Origin: Synechococcus sp.
GTDB lineage: Bacteria; Cyanobacteriota; Cyanobacteriia; Thermostichales; PCC-7336
DNA length: 64,000 bases
Direction: 5' to 3'
Assembly (NCBI GenBank): GCA_051439605.1
Contig: JBFRWN010000070.1
Coordinates: 16,168-80,167 of the forward strand
The position numbers were made by a program, and so were the translations under genes. Of the stretch, positions 19,399 to 29,738 are shown in pieces. Positions within the stretch are counted from its first letter, which is position 1, and each line of letters starts with the position of its first letter. The notes below the pieces were generated by a model that did no database searches, had not been told where the DNA came from, and saw nothing but the letters and a program-made list of their open reading frames with translations.

Positions 19399-19707
19399 AG
19401 TAGAACGGACTTTGAATGCGATCGGTGGCCGCTGAAAAGTATTAATTTTCGAGAAATGCTGCGCGAAACCTGCAGATTCAACCCATTGCATCGCGCCATC
19501 TCGGGTATCACGCAAAAAATGCTGACTCAGCAGCTGCGAGAGCTGGAAGCAGATGGCATCGTGCACCGAGAGGTGTACAAGCAAGTGCCCCCCAAAGTGG
19601 AATATTCTCTGACAGCAACCGGTAGAAGCCTAGAATCCGTTCTGGATTCCATGCACCAATGGGGACTGGACTATAACGCCAACAATGACAGAGGGAGAGA
19701 CACCTAG
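19399..19707 (+). pseudogene. HxlR-family winged-helix regulator, 5' part disrupted
   Basis: [15 protein letters not shown] (TGA at the conserved Trp), then a frameshift into [28 protein letters not shown]...[10 protein letters not shown]. Confidence 0.8.
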
Positions 19708-19824
19708 ACTTATGGGAGTTTTCTTGCCTACAGAGGGGCCGCTTGGTGATTTAATAAAGCAGCATGCTGCTGATACAAAGCGTGACAGGATATTGCATTT
19801 AACAAGTTGATTTAGGAGGGGCCG

Positions 19825-20232
19825 ATGCCCGCAGTTAGTACCGTAGAAGAATTGCTTGAGAAATACTCTGCCGGAGAACGCGATTTTCGTAACTCTAATT
19901 TGCGCGGAGCAAGTTTGTACAAAGTCAGGCTGTGGTACATCAACCTGCGCGGTGCCGACTTGACCGAAGCCGATTTGCGCGGTGCCGATCTTCGTCGTGC
20001 CAACATGATGGAGACCACCTTGACCAACGCTGATTTACGTGGTGCTAGCCTACGTCGCACTAACTTTGATGGTGCCGATTTAAGGGGGGCCAACCTGGAG
20101 CGAGCCGACCTCAGTGCTGGCGCGAAGTTGAATCAAGCTAACCTAGACGGCGCGAGTTTGGTGGGAGCCACCTACAATGCCTACACCAAGTTCCCCTACG
20201 GCTACGATCCCGTGGGCCAAGGCTTGCGTTAA
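19825..20232 (+). CDS. Pentapeptide repeat protein
   Basis: A(D/N)LxG repeats; N-terminus ELLEKYSAGERDF. Confidence 0.92.
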   Translation: MPAVSTVEELLEKYSAGERDFRNSNLRGASLYKVRLWYINLRGADLTEADLRGADLRRANMMETTLTNADLRGASLRRTNFDGADLRGANLERADLSAGAKLNQANLDGASLVGATYNAYTKFPYGYDPVGQGLR

Positions 20233-20249
20233 CCCACACCATATCGGGC

Positions 20250-21266
20250 TTAACTATTCGGGTTCTGCTCTGCCAATTCGCAGGTTTCTGGCTTCAGCTC
20301 CCGTTCCATCAAGGCTTCAACTGCTGCTTGGGGAGTATCTTTCCCGAGCAGCAATTTGTTTACTTGGCGGGTGATGGGCACCGAAATACCCTCTTGGCTA
20401 GCCAACTCCACCATGACAGCAGCAGTATTTACCCCCTCTGCAGTGCCCTCTAAGCTATCCAGAATTTGTGCCAAGGATTGACCGGTAGCTAGGTAATACC
20501 CCACCTGATAATTGCGACTCAGCATGCTACTGCAGGTGGCAAGTAGGTCTCCTAGCCCCGATAGCCCGCTAAAGGTTTCTGCTTGGGCACCAAAATGCAC
20601 CCCAATGCGCAACATCTCGGCAAGACCCCGGGTAATCAAGGCTGATTTGGCGTTGGTGCCCAACTGGAGCCCGTCACAGACGCCAACGGCGATCGCCATG
20701 ACATTTTTGAGGGTCCCCCCCAATTCAGTACCGATGGGATCGGAGTTGGTGTAAACCCGAAAGCGATCGGAGGAAAACACCTTCTGTACAGCTGTTGCAG
20801 CTGAGGGGTGGCGACTGGCCGCTACAGTAGCAGCGGGCAATCCTCGATCGATCTCTTTAGACAAATTCGGGCCAGAGAGGACCACCACCGGATGATGGGG
20901 AAACGCCTGCTGCCATAACTGAGATGGGGTTTGTAGGGTGGCGGCATCGAGTCCTTTGGTAGCGGTAACAATCGTACAGCCAGCGGGCAAACCCACCCCC
21001 TGCAGCTGTGAAATTGTTGCCGAAACCCCTTTCATTGAAATAGCCGATACCACCATGTCGGTATCAGCGACGGCATCAGCGATTGCCAGCTGCCCCTTCC
21101 GTGACCATACCCGGAGCTGGGTGACATTCTTGCGGGCTAATTGAGCTAAGGTGCTGCCCCAAGCACCTGCCCCTAAGACAGTCACAGTGGATGGAACGCG
21201 GATGAATGTAGTGTTCAAGCTAACCTCAAATGGCACGAACCAGAACTGGTAGTCAGCGACCCTCAA
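20250..21266 (-). CDS. gpsA: NAD(P)H-dependent glycerol-3-phosphate dehydrogenase (true start may be downstream of 21266)
   Basis: GAGAWG, TKG, LSGPN, LKNVMAIA, GLGDL and SRN. Confidence 0.95.
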   Translation of the reverse strand: MRVADYQFWFVPFEVSLNTTFIRVPSTVTVLGAGAWGSTLAQLARKNVTQLRVWSRKGQLAIADAVADTDMVVSAISMKGVSATISQLQGVGLPAGCTIVTATKGLDAATLQTPSQLWQQAFPHHPVVVLSGPNLSKEIDRGLPAATVAASRHPSAATAVQKVFSSDRFRVYTNSDPIGTELGGTLKNVMAIAVGVCDGLQLGTNAKSALITRGLAEMLRIGVHFGAQAETFSGLSGLGDLLATCSSMLSRNYQVGYYLATGQSLAQILDSLEGTAEGVNTAAVMVELASQEGISVPITRQVNKLLLGKDTPQAAVEALMERELKPETCELAEQNPNS

Positions 21267-21386
21267 GTTGCTTGGGACATCTCAGCTCCAGAAACCGAAC
21301 TAGGCAAAGAAAGTATGTGTACTCCCAAATGAGAAGGTGACACCTGTCAATGTTTCTCCCCTTATTTATCATTTCAACCCTAACGG

Positions 21387-22982
21387 TTGAAGGGGTCCGT
21401 TCACAGCGATGAGGCGAGTATCATTGCTGGCAGGAAAAAAGCAACATTCGCTTTTTTGGCAGCGGGAATCGTGAGGCTCCAAAGAATGCTTGTTAAGTCT
21501 TGGCAGCGGCAGCTGGCGTTTTACGGAATCGGTCTCTGTTTGGGTGGATTTCTGATTGCGGTGCTAATTCAACCCAGCATTGCAATTTCCCGTTCAGCCT
21601 TTACTCACCCACCTGCAGCTCCAGCCGATCTGACCGCTCAAGTGGAGGGTCTGACTCCAGCTCCCCCTGCGGAGGCTGAGAACCCTCCTTCTGAAGACAA
21701 CCCTTCCCCCATTGACTCAGTCCCCGCCATTATCGAAGCAGGGCCTGAATTTTCTGAGGTAGAGGCTGAAGAAGCACTCACACTCTGGCAAACCGTTCGC
21801 GATCGCGTACAAAATTTTGTGCGCACGAGCTGGAAACGCTGGTTGGTGGCACTGCTAGCGACTGGAGTGTTGGCACTCCTAATTTGGTTGCTTGGGCTGG
21901 TCTTTCCACAAATCAACAAGCACGTCCAACGCATTGGCGGTCGCTATATCCGGCCTTTGAAATTACAAAATCTGGAAATTCTGTCGACCCAACAGATTTC
22001 GGGGTTTCTACAGGCATTTGTTTCATTCCTACAGGGGCCGATTGTCATTGGCCTGATCGCAATCTACGGCCTGACAATCCTGCGCATTTTTCCCATCACA
22101 AAAAAAATCTCGATTGTTCTATCTGGATATATCCTACAAATCGTCTTTTTGGCCTGGGGTAGCTTTTTGAATTATCTGCCTAATATTGTTTACATCGCGA
22201 TCGTTATCCTCTTACTCAGATTCTTCAACCGTTGCTCGCGATTTATCTTTAAAAATATAGAGCAAGACAATGTTTCTTTTCCAGGGTTTTACCGCGAATG
22301 GGCCAGGCCTACCCAACAAATTATCCGCTTCATTGCCTTTATTTTCGCTCTAGCGGTAATTTTTCCTTTGTTGCCCGGATCGAGCTCTCCCGCCTTTCAG
22401 GGCATTTCCATCGTTGTAGGTTTGCTGGTTTCGTTGGGATCGACTGCTGCTGTAGCCAATATCATGGCTGGATTGGCTTTAACCTACACGCGAGCATTTA
22501 GAGTGGGCGATCGCGTCAGCATTGGTGACATCACGGGAGATGTGCTGGAAAAATCTATTATGGTAACCCGGTTAAAAACGGCCAAGAAAGAGAATATCAC
22601 CATCCCAAACTCCACCGTTTTAGATAGCAAAATCACCAATTTCAGTGCGTCGGTAGCCAAGGGTGGCTTGATTCTCCACGTATCTATCAGCATTGGCTAC
22701 GAAGTCCCTTGGGAAAAAATTCACGAGCTGATGTTAGCGGCGGCAGCAATGACCGAGAACGTACTGACCGATCCCGCACCCTTTGTATTGCAAACGAAAT
22801 TAGATGACTTTTATGTAGTCTACGAATTGAATGCCCACACCAATATCCCTAAGCTAATTCCGATCACCTACTCAAAGCTATACCAAAATTTGTTAGTGAC
22901 GTTTCGTGAGGGAGGAGTTGATATCACCTCCCCCCATTATTCGTTTTTGGTGGGGGGAGCGATGTCTCCTTCAGAAAACTAG
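21387..22982 (+). CDS. Small-conductance mechanosensitive channel (MscS family); start possibly 21486
   Basis: NIMAGL...FRVGDRV.IG...G.V...ITIPNS with preceding TM helices. Confidence 0.9.
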   Translation: MKGSVHSDEASIIAGRKKATFAFLAAGIVRLQRMLVKSWQRQLAFYGIGLCLGGFLIAVLIQPSIAISRSAFTHPPAAPADLTAQVEGLTPAPPAEAENPPSEDNPSPIDSVPAIIEAGPEFSEVEAEEALTLWQTVRDRVQNFVRTSWKRWLVALLATGVLALLIWLLGLVFPQINKHVQRIGGRYIRPLKLQNLEILSTQQISGFLQAFVSFLQGPIVIGLIAIYGLTILRIFPITKKISIVLSGYILQIVFLAWGSFLNYLPNIVYIAIVILLLRFFNRCSRFIFKNIEQDNVSFPGFYREWARPTQQIIRFIAFIFALAVIFPLLPGSSSPAFQGISIVVGLLVSLGSTAAVANIMAGLALTYTRAFRVGDRVSIGDITGDVLEKSIMVTRLKTAKKENITIPNSTVLDSKITNFSASVAKGGLILHVSISIGYEVPWEKIHELMLAAAAMTENVLTDPAPFVLQTKLDDFYVVYELNAHTNIPKLIPITYSKLYQNLLVTFREGGVDITSPHYSFLVGGAMSPSEN

Positions 22983-23134
22983 CAGTACGAACTGAAATGG
23001 CCACAGCTGTCAATTGGCAGTTTGTATTGGTGAGTAAAACAATATTTGCGTAAACTGGCCTGGGAAAATGTCAGGATAGAGGCTGGCTATTTTCAATCTA
23101 GTCTTCCCTGCACGTATCGGTTCAGGCTGCTCAA

Positions 23135-25141
23135 TTGCCCCGCAAACGCTCTTCCACCCCAAAGTCTCAACGACGCACATCTCTGTTGACCGACCTGCTA
23201 GCCGCTTGCCCGCAGGTCAGATCCCAGATGTATTTCAAATCCTCCCTGGTGGCCCTCAGCCACGCACTGGAAGATTTGGTGCTGTTTGAGGCCCAACAGG
23301 CTATTGTGCTGGCCAATTTTCAACGGGAGCGATTTTATCGTCAGGAGGCGGCCCGTTACTTACGCATTCACGATGTGGCCCGTCATGTGTACGTGTTGGC
23401 TGCCCCTGAAACCGGCTTTCACGCGGATGAAGTGCCCTACGAACGGGTGGCACTCGATTTGGACGACCCGCTAGCCAACGAATGGCACCTGATTGTGGTC
23501 AGTCGCCAATATGCCGCTTGTTTGGTGTGCGCAGAAAAGCCCACCCAGGTACAAATGGATGCCATGCGCCAGTTTGAGGGCTATTGGACGTTCGAACCGG
23601 ACGTGACGATCGCCTCGGCAAAGCTACTACTGGGGAAAGTTGCCACCTATCGGCCGGAGCTATCGGATAAACTGGCAGCTCAAATAGCTGAGTTGGACGA
23701 AATTGGAGAGCAGCTCATCTCCAGTCCCCATCGCCGCGATCCCTTCTCAGAGCGGCTGATGACCTATTTGCAGGCGGGACAGTACAAGCTGCAACGGGCC
23801 TACCGCGCGATCGAGAAACAAGAGCAACGGGAGCGACTGCTCAACCGCATTGTCATGACGATACGACGCTCCCTCGATCCCGCCAAAATTTTTGAGATCG
23901 CCGTTCGCGAATTAGGAGAGGGATTAAAGGCTTGCCGCTGCATCTTATACCGCTGCAGCGATCTTCAATCTGATGGCGAGAGCTCGGCCGATCGAGCAGA
24001 GACTGGCAACGAACGCGACTTTGCTAAAACCAACGACTCCGTTATTGAAATATCTACCGAGTTCCTCCAGGAGGGGGTAAGCAGTCTATTGGGACAAAAG
24101 CTATCCCTATCGGACAATCCCCTGTTGGCAAGCGCCCTGCGCAATGGCGAGGCAGTACAGCTCAACGAAGGTCTGATAGAGGGGCTACAGCCCCCAATAC
24201 AAGCCCTGTGGCAAGAGTGGGGCATCACCACCTGGTTAGCGGTACCCATTGTGTACAAGGGGCGGTTGCTGGGGGGCATCGAACTGCACCGATGTGGGTC
24301 ATCAGATGAACGGCGATCGCGCAACGATTGGGTTGAAGCGGATATCGAGCTGGTCAAAACCGTTGCGGTGCAAATTGGTGTGGCTCTCATTCAAGCAGAA
24401 ACTTACGAAAATCTGACAAAACTGAACCAGCAACTGGAGAACCTCGATCGCGCCAAAAGCGACTTGATTGCGGTAACTGGTCACGAATTGCGCACCCCCC
24501 TGTCCACCATCCAAGTGTGTTTGGAATCGCTGGCCAGCGAGCCAGATATGGAACCTGAAATTCGACAGGTTATGCTGGACACCGCCATCCAAGATGCGGA
24601 ACGCTTGCGCAATCTCGTGCAGGATTTCTTAACTCTGTCCCGGTTAGAGAGCGGACGGGTGGAATGGCATATGGAACCTCTTCCCCCTCGCGAATGCGTG
24701 GATTTGGCCCTGAGTAGTTTTGTCCAGCAAGAGGGTTCGCCGGATATAGCGGTTGAAGCGTCTGAAAAATTGCCCCTGGTATCCGCGGATGGGGAATGGT
24801 TGGTGGAAGTATTGCGCAAGCTGTTGGACAACGCCTGTAAGTTCAGCACCAAGGAAGGTCAGGTGCGAGTGGAGGTAGAACCTCGGGGGGAGAAAGAGGT
24901 GATGTTCACCGTCGCGGATACCGGTCGCGGGATTGAATCCGATCGCCTGCAGCAAATTTTCGAACGATTTTATCAAGCAGAACGTTCCCTGCGGCGGACC
25001 GTAGGAGGAACGGGGTTGGGCTTAGCCATCAGTCGTCAAATCGTTGAAGCCATGGGGGGACAAATTTGGGCGGAATCCGGTGGCCCCAATCGGGGCAGTG
25101 CGTTTCATTTTACTGTCCCCATTGCTTCGGCTGCGGCCTAA
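23135..25141 (+). CDS. DICT-GAF-HisKA-HATPase histidine kinase (Hik2-like)
   Basis: DICT motifs YFKSSLVALSHALED, ANFQRERFY and EWHLIV; H-box TGHELRTPL; GTGLGL. Confidence 0.85.
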   Translation: MPRKRSSTPKSQRRTSLLTDLLAACPQVRSQMYFKSSLVALSHALEDLVLFEAQQAIVLANFQRERFYRQEAARYLRIHDVARHVYVLAAPETGFHADEVPYERVALDLDDPLANEWHLIVVSRQYAACLVCAEKPTQVQMDAMRQFEGYWTFEPDVTIASAKLLLGKVATYRPELSDKLAAQIAELDEIGEQLISSPHRRDPFSERLMTYLQAGQYKLQRAYRAIEKQEQRERLLNRIVMTIRRSLDPAKIFEIAVRELGEGLKACRCILYRCSDLQSDGESSADRAETGNERDFAKTNDSVIEISTEFLQEGVSSLLGQKLSLSDNPLLASALRNGEAVQLNEGLIEGLQPPIQALWQEWGITTWLAVPIVYKGRLLGGIELHRCGSSDERRSRNDWVEADIELVKTVAVQIGVALIQAETYENLTKLNQQLENLDRAKSDLIAVTGHELRTPLSTIQVCLESLASEPDMEPEIRQVMLDTAIQDAERLRNLVQDFLTLSRLESGRVEWHMEPLPPRECVDLALSSFVQQEGSPDIAVEASEKLPLVSADGEWLVEVLRKLLDNACKFSTKEGQVRVEVEPRGEKEVMFTVADTGRGIESDRLQQIFERFYQAERSLRRTVGGTGLGLAISRQIVEAMGGQIWAESGGPNRGSAFHFTVPIASAAA

Positions 25142-25303
25142 ACAACTACAAAATAATGCGAACAGGACGGATCGAGCCCCAGCTTAGGGTTCGGAGCCGA
25201 AAAAAATATCCTTAGAGATTTGAGGGTCTTTGCTACCACAAACTGCTTGATGTCAGGAGCAAAGATTGTCATCATGGATACCTAAACTGACTACCCCTGC
25301 AAG

Positions 25304-26539
25304 ATGGTTCCACCATACTCTTCGGAACCGGCAGTTATTCCCGCCCCCGCTGCAGTCTGTCGCGGCTGGGGAATAACTGCCGACCGCGCCACCGATATTG
25401 CCCGATTGGCCCACCGCAACGGAGGTCCTGTCCGCATTTTTGGGATTGGCGGCAGCCACACTTTACCGTTGGTGCAATCCATTCTTGTCCCCGCCTTCGA
25501 TCGGATCTCCAGCACGGTACAACCCGACGAATTAGAATTTAGCGAACTAGAGGTAGGTAAACAAGGGGAAAGTAAGGTTACCAGTCATTGGAGCACCTAC
25601 GGTGTCGACTGTGCGGAACCCGAACTCGAACGATTGCGCAGCGAAGCAAAAGCATTTTCTGCCACTGTCATTGTGGGGATTGGCGGAGGAAAGGCGATCG
25701 ACACCGCTAAGCTGATTGCCCATCAGCTGAAACTACCCATTGCCACTATCCCCACCTCTGCAGCCACCTGCGCCGCCTGGACGGCCCTTTCGAATGTCTA
25801 CTCCGAAACAGGGGCGTTTCAGTACGATGTGCCACTCGATCGCGCTCCAGATTTGCTGATTCTGGATTACGAGCTTGTGCGTGGCGCCCCACTGCACACC
25901 CTGAAGGCGGGGATTGGGGACGCGTTGGCCAAGTGGTACGAAGCCTCTGTCAGCAGCAGCGGTTCCGAGGACACCCTCACCATCGCTGCTGTACAGCAAG
26001 CCAGGGTACTGCGAGATTTACTGTTGCAGAGGTCGGAGGAAGCAATCGCCAACCCCTGCAGTACTGCTTGGGTACAGGTGGTGGATGCCTCTGTCTGCCT
26101 TGCCGGAGTCATGGGGGGACTGGGGGGGGCAAAATGCCGTACCGTAGCCGCCCATGCCGTTCATAACGGCCTTACACATCTAATGGGCCATAAATCTCAA
26201 CTGCACGGGGCTAAGGTGGCCTTTGGCATTTTGGTGCAATTGCGGCTAGAAGAAATCTTGCAGGATCGGCAACTAGCCGCCACCGCTCGCCAACAATTGC
26301 TGAAGTTTTACAACACCATCGGCTTGCCTACCTCCCTAGAGGAGTTAGCGATCTCCGCCTTAGGCAGTGATAGTCCTGTGAACCAGACCTTGGAGGTGGC
26401 GGCTCAAGTGGCCTGTGCCCCCACCTCCGACATTCACAATCTGCCATTTGCCGTCACCCCCGAGGCGCTAATGGTGGCCATGACCACAACGCGGCTTTCG
26501 GCTGCCACAGCCGATCGCTCGGTAATGTCTGCCCCCTAG
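25304..26539 (+). CDS. Glycerol dehydrogenase-like iron-containing ADH / dehydroquinate synthase superfamily protein
   Basis: GIGGGKAID, PTSAATCA, GIGDALAKWYE, AHAVHNG and HGAKV. Confidence 0.88.
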   Translation: MVPPYSSEPAVIPAPAAVCRGWGITADRATDIARLAHRNGGPVRIFGIGGSHTLPLVQSILVPAFDRISSTVQPDELEFSELEVGKQGESKVTSHWSTYGVDCAEPELERLRSEAKAFSATVIVGIGGGKAIDTAKLIAHQLKLPIATIPTSAATCAAWTALSNVYSETGAFQYDVPLDRAPDLLILDYELVRGAPLHTLKAGIGDALAKWYEASVSSSGSEDTLTIAAVQQARVLRDLLLQRSEEAIANPCSTAWVQVVDASVCLAGVMGGLGGAKCRTVAAHAVHNGLTHLMGHKSQLHGAKVAFGILVQLRLEEILQDRQLAATARQQLLKFYNTIGLPTSLEELAISALGSDSPVNQTLEVAAQVACAPTSDIHNLPFAVTPEALMVAMTTTRLSAATADRSVMSAP

Positions 26540-26555
26540 TCCACCCGCGATCGCC

Positions 26556-27761
26556 ATGACCCACCTGTTTACCCCAGCCCAGCGCCTCGATAAATTGCCC
26601 CCCTACGTGTTTGCCCGTTTGGACGAACTGAAGGCCCGCACCCGCGAGCAGGGGCTTGACCTGATTGACTTGGGGATGGGGAACCCGGATGGTGCTACCC
26701 CCGCCGGAGTGGTGGAGGCAGCCCAAGAGGCGATCGCCGATGCCAGCAACCACGGCTATCCTCCGTTCGAAGGCACCAGCAATTTTCGTGCTGCTATCTC
26801 TGACTGGTACTTCCGCCGCTATGGGGTGAAGTTGGACCCCAACGGCGAGGCACTGCCGTTATTGGGTTCAAAGGAAGGACTTACTCACCTGGCGCTGGCC
26901 TACGTCGATCCGGGAGACATTGTTCTCGTGCCCAGTCCAGCCTATCCCGCCCACTTTCGCGGCCCTTTGATTGCCGGTGGAACCGTATACCCGATGGTGA
27001 TGCGCCCGGAGAACGATTGGCTGATTGACCTGAACGAGATTCCCCCCGAGGTGGCCCGCAAGGCCAAAGTGCTGTATTTCAACTACCCCAACAATCCCAC
27101 GTCGGCGGTAGCTCCTCGCTCTTTCTTTGAAGAGATTGTCGAGTTTGCCCACGAATACAACATTTTGTTGGTTCACGATCTTTGCTATGCCGAATTGGCC
27201 TTTGATGGTTTTCAGCCCACTAGCCTGTTAGAAATTCCTGGGGCTAGAGATCTGGGTGTGGAGTTCCATACCTTGTCAAAGACCTACAACATGGCCGGAT
27301 GGAGGGTGGGCTTTGTGGTAGGCAACCGCGACATTATCCAGAGCCTGCGTACCCTCAAAACGAATTTAGACTACGGTATTTTTGCTGCCATCCAAACTGC
27401 GGCTGAAACCGCCCTCAAATTGCCGGACTCCCACTTGGCGGAAGTTCAGGCCCGTTATAGCCAGCGGCGAGACTTCCTGATTTGCGAGTTGGGCAAGCTG
27501 GGCTGGGATATCCCTCCTTCTCGCGCCACGATGTATTTGTGGATTCCCACCCCTCGCACCGCCAGCGGTGAAGCAGAGAACTCTACGGAGTTTGCCCTAC
27601 GGGTGTTGGAAACAACTGGGGTGGTATTCACTCCCGGAAGTGCCTTTGGGAATGGCGGGGAAGGATTTGTTCGCATTAGTTTGATTGCCGATTGCGATCG
27701 CTTGGGGGAAGCTGTACAGCGGCTGGCGGAAGCGGGGATCCGTTTCAATCCTGTTGAATGA
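26556..27761 (+). CDS. Class I/II PLP aminotransferase (aspartate or LL-DAP aminotransferase-like)
   Basis: DLGMGNPD, NYPNNPT, HDLCY and SKTYNMAGWRVG. Confidence 0.92.
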   Translation: MTHLFTPAQRLDKLPPYVFARLDELKARTREQGLDLIDLGMGNPDGATPAGVVEAAQEAIADASNHGYPPFEGTSNFRAAISDWYFRRYGVKLDPNGEALPLLGSKEGLTHLALAYVDPGDIVLVPSPAYPAHFRGPLIAGGTVYPMVMRPENDWLIDLNEIPPEVARKAKVLYFNYPNNPTSAVAPRSFFEEIVEFAHEYNILLVHDLCYAELAFDGFQPTSLLEIPGARDLGVEFHTLSKTYNMAGWRVGFVVGNRDIIQSLRTLKTNLDYGIFAAIQTAAETALKLPDSHLAEVQARYSQRRDFLICELGKLGWDIPPSRATMYLWIPTPRTASGEAENSTEFALRVLETTGVVFTPGSAFGNGGEGFVRISLIADCDRLGEAVQRLAEAGIRFNPVE

Positions 27762-27811
27762 GAGATGAATTGTCATGGATGTTTCGACCGATAAAATTCA
27801 TCTCCTTTCTG

Positions 27812-29503
27812 CTAACGCAAGTGCAAGCGGAGTGAACCTTCGCGAGCGGGAGATTCACGATACTTTTCGGTTTGAGCGAGTTCGAATGTTAGCTCCAGAC
27901 GCTCTGTCAGGGGAGCCGAAATCCCAAGTCCTACGCGAAATGATTCGGGAATTTGACCGTCCTGCAGGCGGTAGGTTGTAAAAAGGTTTGTATCGATCTT
28001 GTTGTTAAACCACTGCTGAGCGTATGAAGCTGATAGCGTCAGGCGGGAGTTATCGAGGGGATTGTTTTCATCAACTGCCAAGAATTTTGCCCCCCGGTAG
28101 GTAGCGCTCAGGTTCAAGGAACTGGCTGGAATCGGAAGGTTCGGACGGAACTGAAAATCGGCTGCAAATCCAGAATCTGCCACAGCAGCCTGGCTCGCTG
28201 CAATCCCCCAATCCAGTTCGCCCGCAAGAGTGGTCCAAGTGACCCCTGTTCCGAAAACTTGTTGCCGAGTTATGCCTTGCAAATATGTCTTTGCCGCAAG
28301 AGTATCGCTGGCATTCCAACTTTTTGAAAGGGAAAGAACCAATCGTTCTTCAAGCTTTTCAGAGTCTTCCCAGGCAGGACCCGGTGGCAATACTCCAATC
28401 GCATAGGCGTACTCTCCCGTAGGGGCGGTTGGCTTGCTCGATGGGGTCGACAAGCCTGAATTATCTAGGAGGTCCGACAACTCTGGGAGATCGAGTGAAT
28501 CGGCAGGAACATCTTTCGCATTATGGATTTCCATTGATTGGAGTGGAGTGCTTTCTGCCGAAATGTCGAGTTGGAAAGCTGGCGGCCTGCTGGAAGTGCC
28601 AGATTTAGCTTGCAAACCCAGCAGAGCAATCGGCTTTTGATAGCCAGTGTTGGATACGAAGAACTCGCCAAATGTATAAGTGGTAGAGTGCTCGAGGTCA
28701 GTACGGACGACCTGCAAGTGATTGCGCTGCCAGGGAACTCCGGTCCCCTCCTGCAACGATCCGCCTGCCTTTAGTTCCCACCCTTCCGCCAAACGGAGAC
28801 GACCGTTCACTGAGAGCCAATTGGGATCGCGATCTAATGTCCAGCCACTATCGTTTGCCGAGACTTGCAACGATCCAGAGGATTCCAGTCGGGCGGCAAT
28901 CGTACCCTTGGCGATCGCGCTTGCCGATTCTGCGCGCGGTCGATCTCCTGCCTGAAGGTAAAGTTCCAAGAATTCCTGACTGAATGTAACCTTCACTCCT
29001 TGTTGCTGCAAGTCGTCTAGAGCCAAAAAGCCGCTGCGAGCCTGCGCGATTTGGGTGAGGCGGGCTGAGATATCCGATGGCAATCTACCGTTTAGTACAT
29101 CCAGCAGCTGGGAAAGAAGGAACTCCACCTGCTGGGGTGAGCCTGCCAGCAGCAATACAGAGAGGGTGCCCTGCTGCGTTCCATTTACAAAAACTCGGAC
29201 AGTTGCCGATTGGGGCACCGAACGATTGTAAGGATCGACGGCAGGTGTTTCCAAACTAGGCGACGCAGATACACTCTCTGCATGGGACTTTGCCGACGTA
29301 GAGAAATACGGAGAACGTGTTTCAAAAGAGGATAGCAGCGCACCATGCTCGGGTGACTGGGACTGGGTTTGAGCGAATGTAGGTAGCGCTACGATCGACA
29401 CAGTATGGGCGATCGTCCATAAACCCGTTCGTATCCCTTTCTGAATTAATCGTTGTGCCCGTTGTAGAGAAAGCGCAACCACGTTCTTTCCCCCGCATTT
29501 CAA
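27812..29503 (-). CDS. Outer-membrane beta-barrel protein resembling a reduced fimbrial usher
   Basis: Signal-like N-terminus, VFVNG, TYTFGE...GYQKPIALLG and alternating beta strands. Confidence 0.55.
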   Translation of the reverse strand: MKCGGKNVVALSLQRAQRLIQKGIRTGLWTIAHTVSIVALPTFAQTQSQSPEHGALLSSFETRSPYFSTSAKSHAESVSASPSLETPAVDPYNRSVPQSATVRVFVNGTQQGTLSVLLLAGSPQQVEFLLSQLLDVLNGRLPSDISARLTQIAQARSGFLALDDLQQQGVKVTFSQEFLELYLQAGDRPRAESASAIAKGTIAARLESSGSLQVSANDSGWTLDRDPNWLSVNGRLRLAEGWELKAGGSLQEGTGVPWQRNHLQVVRTDLEHSTTYTFGEFFVSNTGYQKPIALLGLQAKSGTSSRPPAFQLDISAESTPLQSMEIHNAKDVPADSLDLPELSDLLDNSGLSTPSSKPTAPTGEYAYAIGVLPPGPAWEDSEKLEERLVLSLSKSWNASDTLAAKTYLQGITRQQVFGTGVTWTTLAGELDWGIAASQAAVADSGFAADFQFRPNLPIPASSLNLSATYRGAKFLAVDENNPLDNSRLTLSASYAQQWFNNKIDTNLFTTYRLQDGQIPESFRVGLGISAPLTERLELTFELAQTEKYRESPAREGSLRLHLR

Positions 29504-29738
29504 TTACAACTTACCCACAGTCACTCCCACCTCTACATGCAAAGATATCGAGCTTTTAGGCTAAAGACGATGGGGTATGCAACATTTTGGAGAGAGACTG
29601 AAATTGTGCTCAAAGCAAAGTCAACGAGGTGGTCAGCCAAGCTTCAGTAGGATGTTTGCAACACAGTGTGCTATGTGTGCTTTTGAACCAGACCGACACA
29701 ATTAGTTAAAGTAGAGGTCCAAACCTCTTGTCTATCCC

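Noticed and set aside
23135..25141. DICT-GAF kinase as a photoreceptor or novel system
   Set aside because: The architecture matches the conserved cyanobacterial Hik2-type kinase, and no bilin-binding motif was recognised.
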